A stretch of DNA of 64,000 bases from Cycas panzhihuaensis (Eukaryota > Plantae > Cycadophyta): contig CM041465.1 of assembly GCA_023213395.1 (NCBI GenBank), positions 132,253,741-132,317,740 of the forward strand. Reading direction: 5' to 3'. Below the pieces are notes generated by a model. That model searched no databases. It was given only the letters and a program-made list of their open reading frames with translations, and was not told the origin of the DNA. Numbering within the stretch: position 1 is the stretch's first letter; every line of letters starts with the position of its first letter. The position numbers and the translations under genes were made by a program. Below, one piece after another: positions 63,414-64,000 of this stretch.

Positions 63414-63987
63414 TGTTGAAAACAGAGCAAAGACAAAAACATGATTTGTACAGAGAAGAGAAAGAGTGACCATTTTCTTGAGATTCAATCTCCTTAAATA
63501 TACATCTACGATGTGACCGTTACAAACTGAAATGTAACCGATCAGTCTGAGACTGCCAAGTGGCACAATCTTACATTAGAGTTACATTTGAGGGTGGTCC
63601 CAACATGACCCCCTTTCTAACTTAGATAAAACATTACATATCAACACCCTCTCTTAATGTTTTATCTCTAATAGTCCCATTTTGTCTCTCAAATATTTAA
63701 GCCTTTCTTTTCCAAGAGGCTTTGTCAGAAGATCTGCAACCTTTGCTCATTGAGGGATGACTCCAAGTCAATTTCTTTATTATATACCTTTTCTCTTATG
63801 AAATGATGGTGAACTTCAATATGCTTTATTCTTGCATGTAGAATTGGATTTTTGGTTAGCTTGATGGCACTTTGATTGTTGCACTTCAAGGACTTTGCCT
63901 TTTTTTGTTGTTGACCCAAGTTGAGCAGAAGTTGTCTTAACCAAATAGCTTCACAAGTTGCTGACACAGCTGCTTTGTATTCTGCTC
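63414..63987 (-). mobile_element. Copia element M: 3' LTR (63414-63646), PPT and RNaseH end
   Basis: TGTTGA...TCAACA, 233 bp; PPT ccctctcttaa; ORF 63725-63967 CEAIWLRQLL..KHIEVHHHFIREKV. Close relative of J. Confidence 0.88.
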
Positions 63988-64000
63988 AGAGAAGAGAGAG

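Overview
Eukaryotic plant nuclear DNA, probably from a large-genome gymnosperm (inferred from the retroelement types and intron scale). Roughly 90% of the window is decayed, deeply nested LTR retrotransposons (Ty1/Copia and Ty3/Gypsy). Several could be resolved with paired LTRs, tRNA-iMet primer-binding sites (PBS), polypurine tracts (PPT) and 5-bp target-site duplications (TSD). The only host-gene sequence is an exon cluster of a plant RecQ3-type DNA helicase on the + strand (54322-55307): a candidate 4-nt microexon (GATG) plus four normal exons covering helicase motifs V/VI and the RQC zinc-binding region. I could not find the preceding or following exon, so the retroelement stacks probably lie inside very large introns (over 54 kb upstream, over 8.6 kb downstream). 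The best leads are the microexon behind a giant intron, a stop-free in-frame intron, tandem extra Gag-like modules in two unrelated Gypsy elements (one pair lying between protease and RT), two accessory ORFs downstream of an integrase, and two non-autonomous elements, one with a duplicated U5-PBS. I found no CRISPR array, rRNA, tRNA gene or prokaryotic system. All translations and alignments were done by eye.
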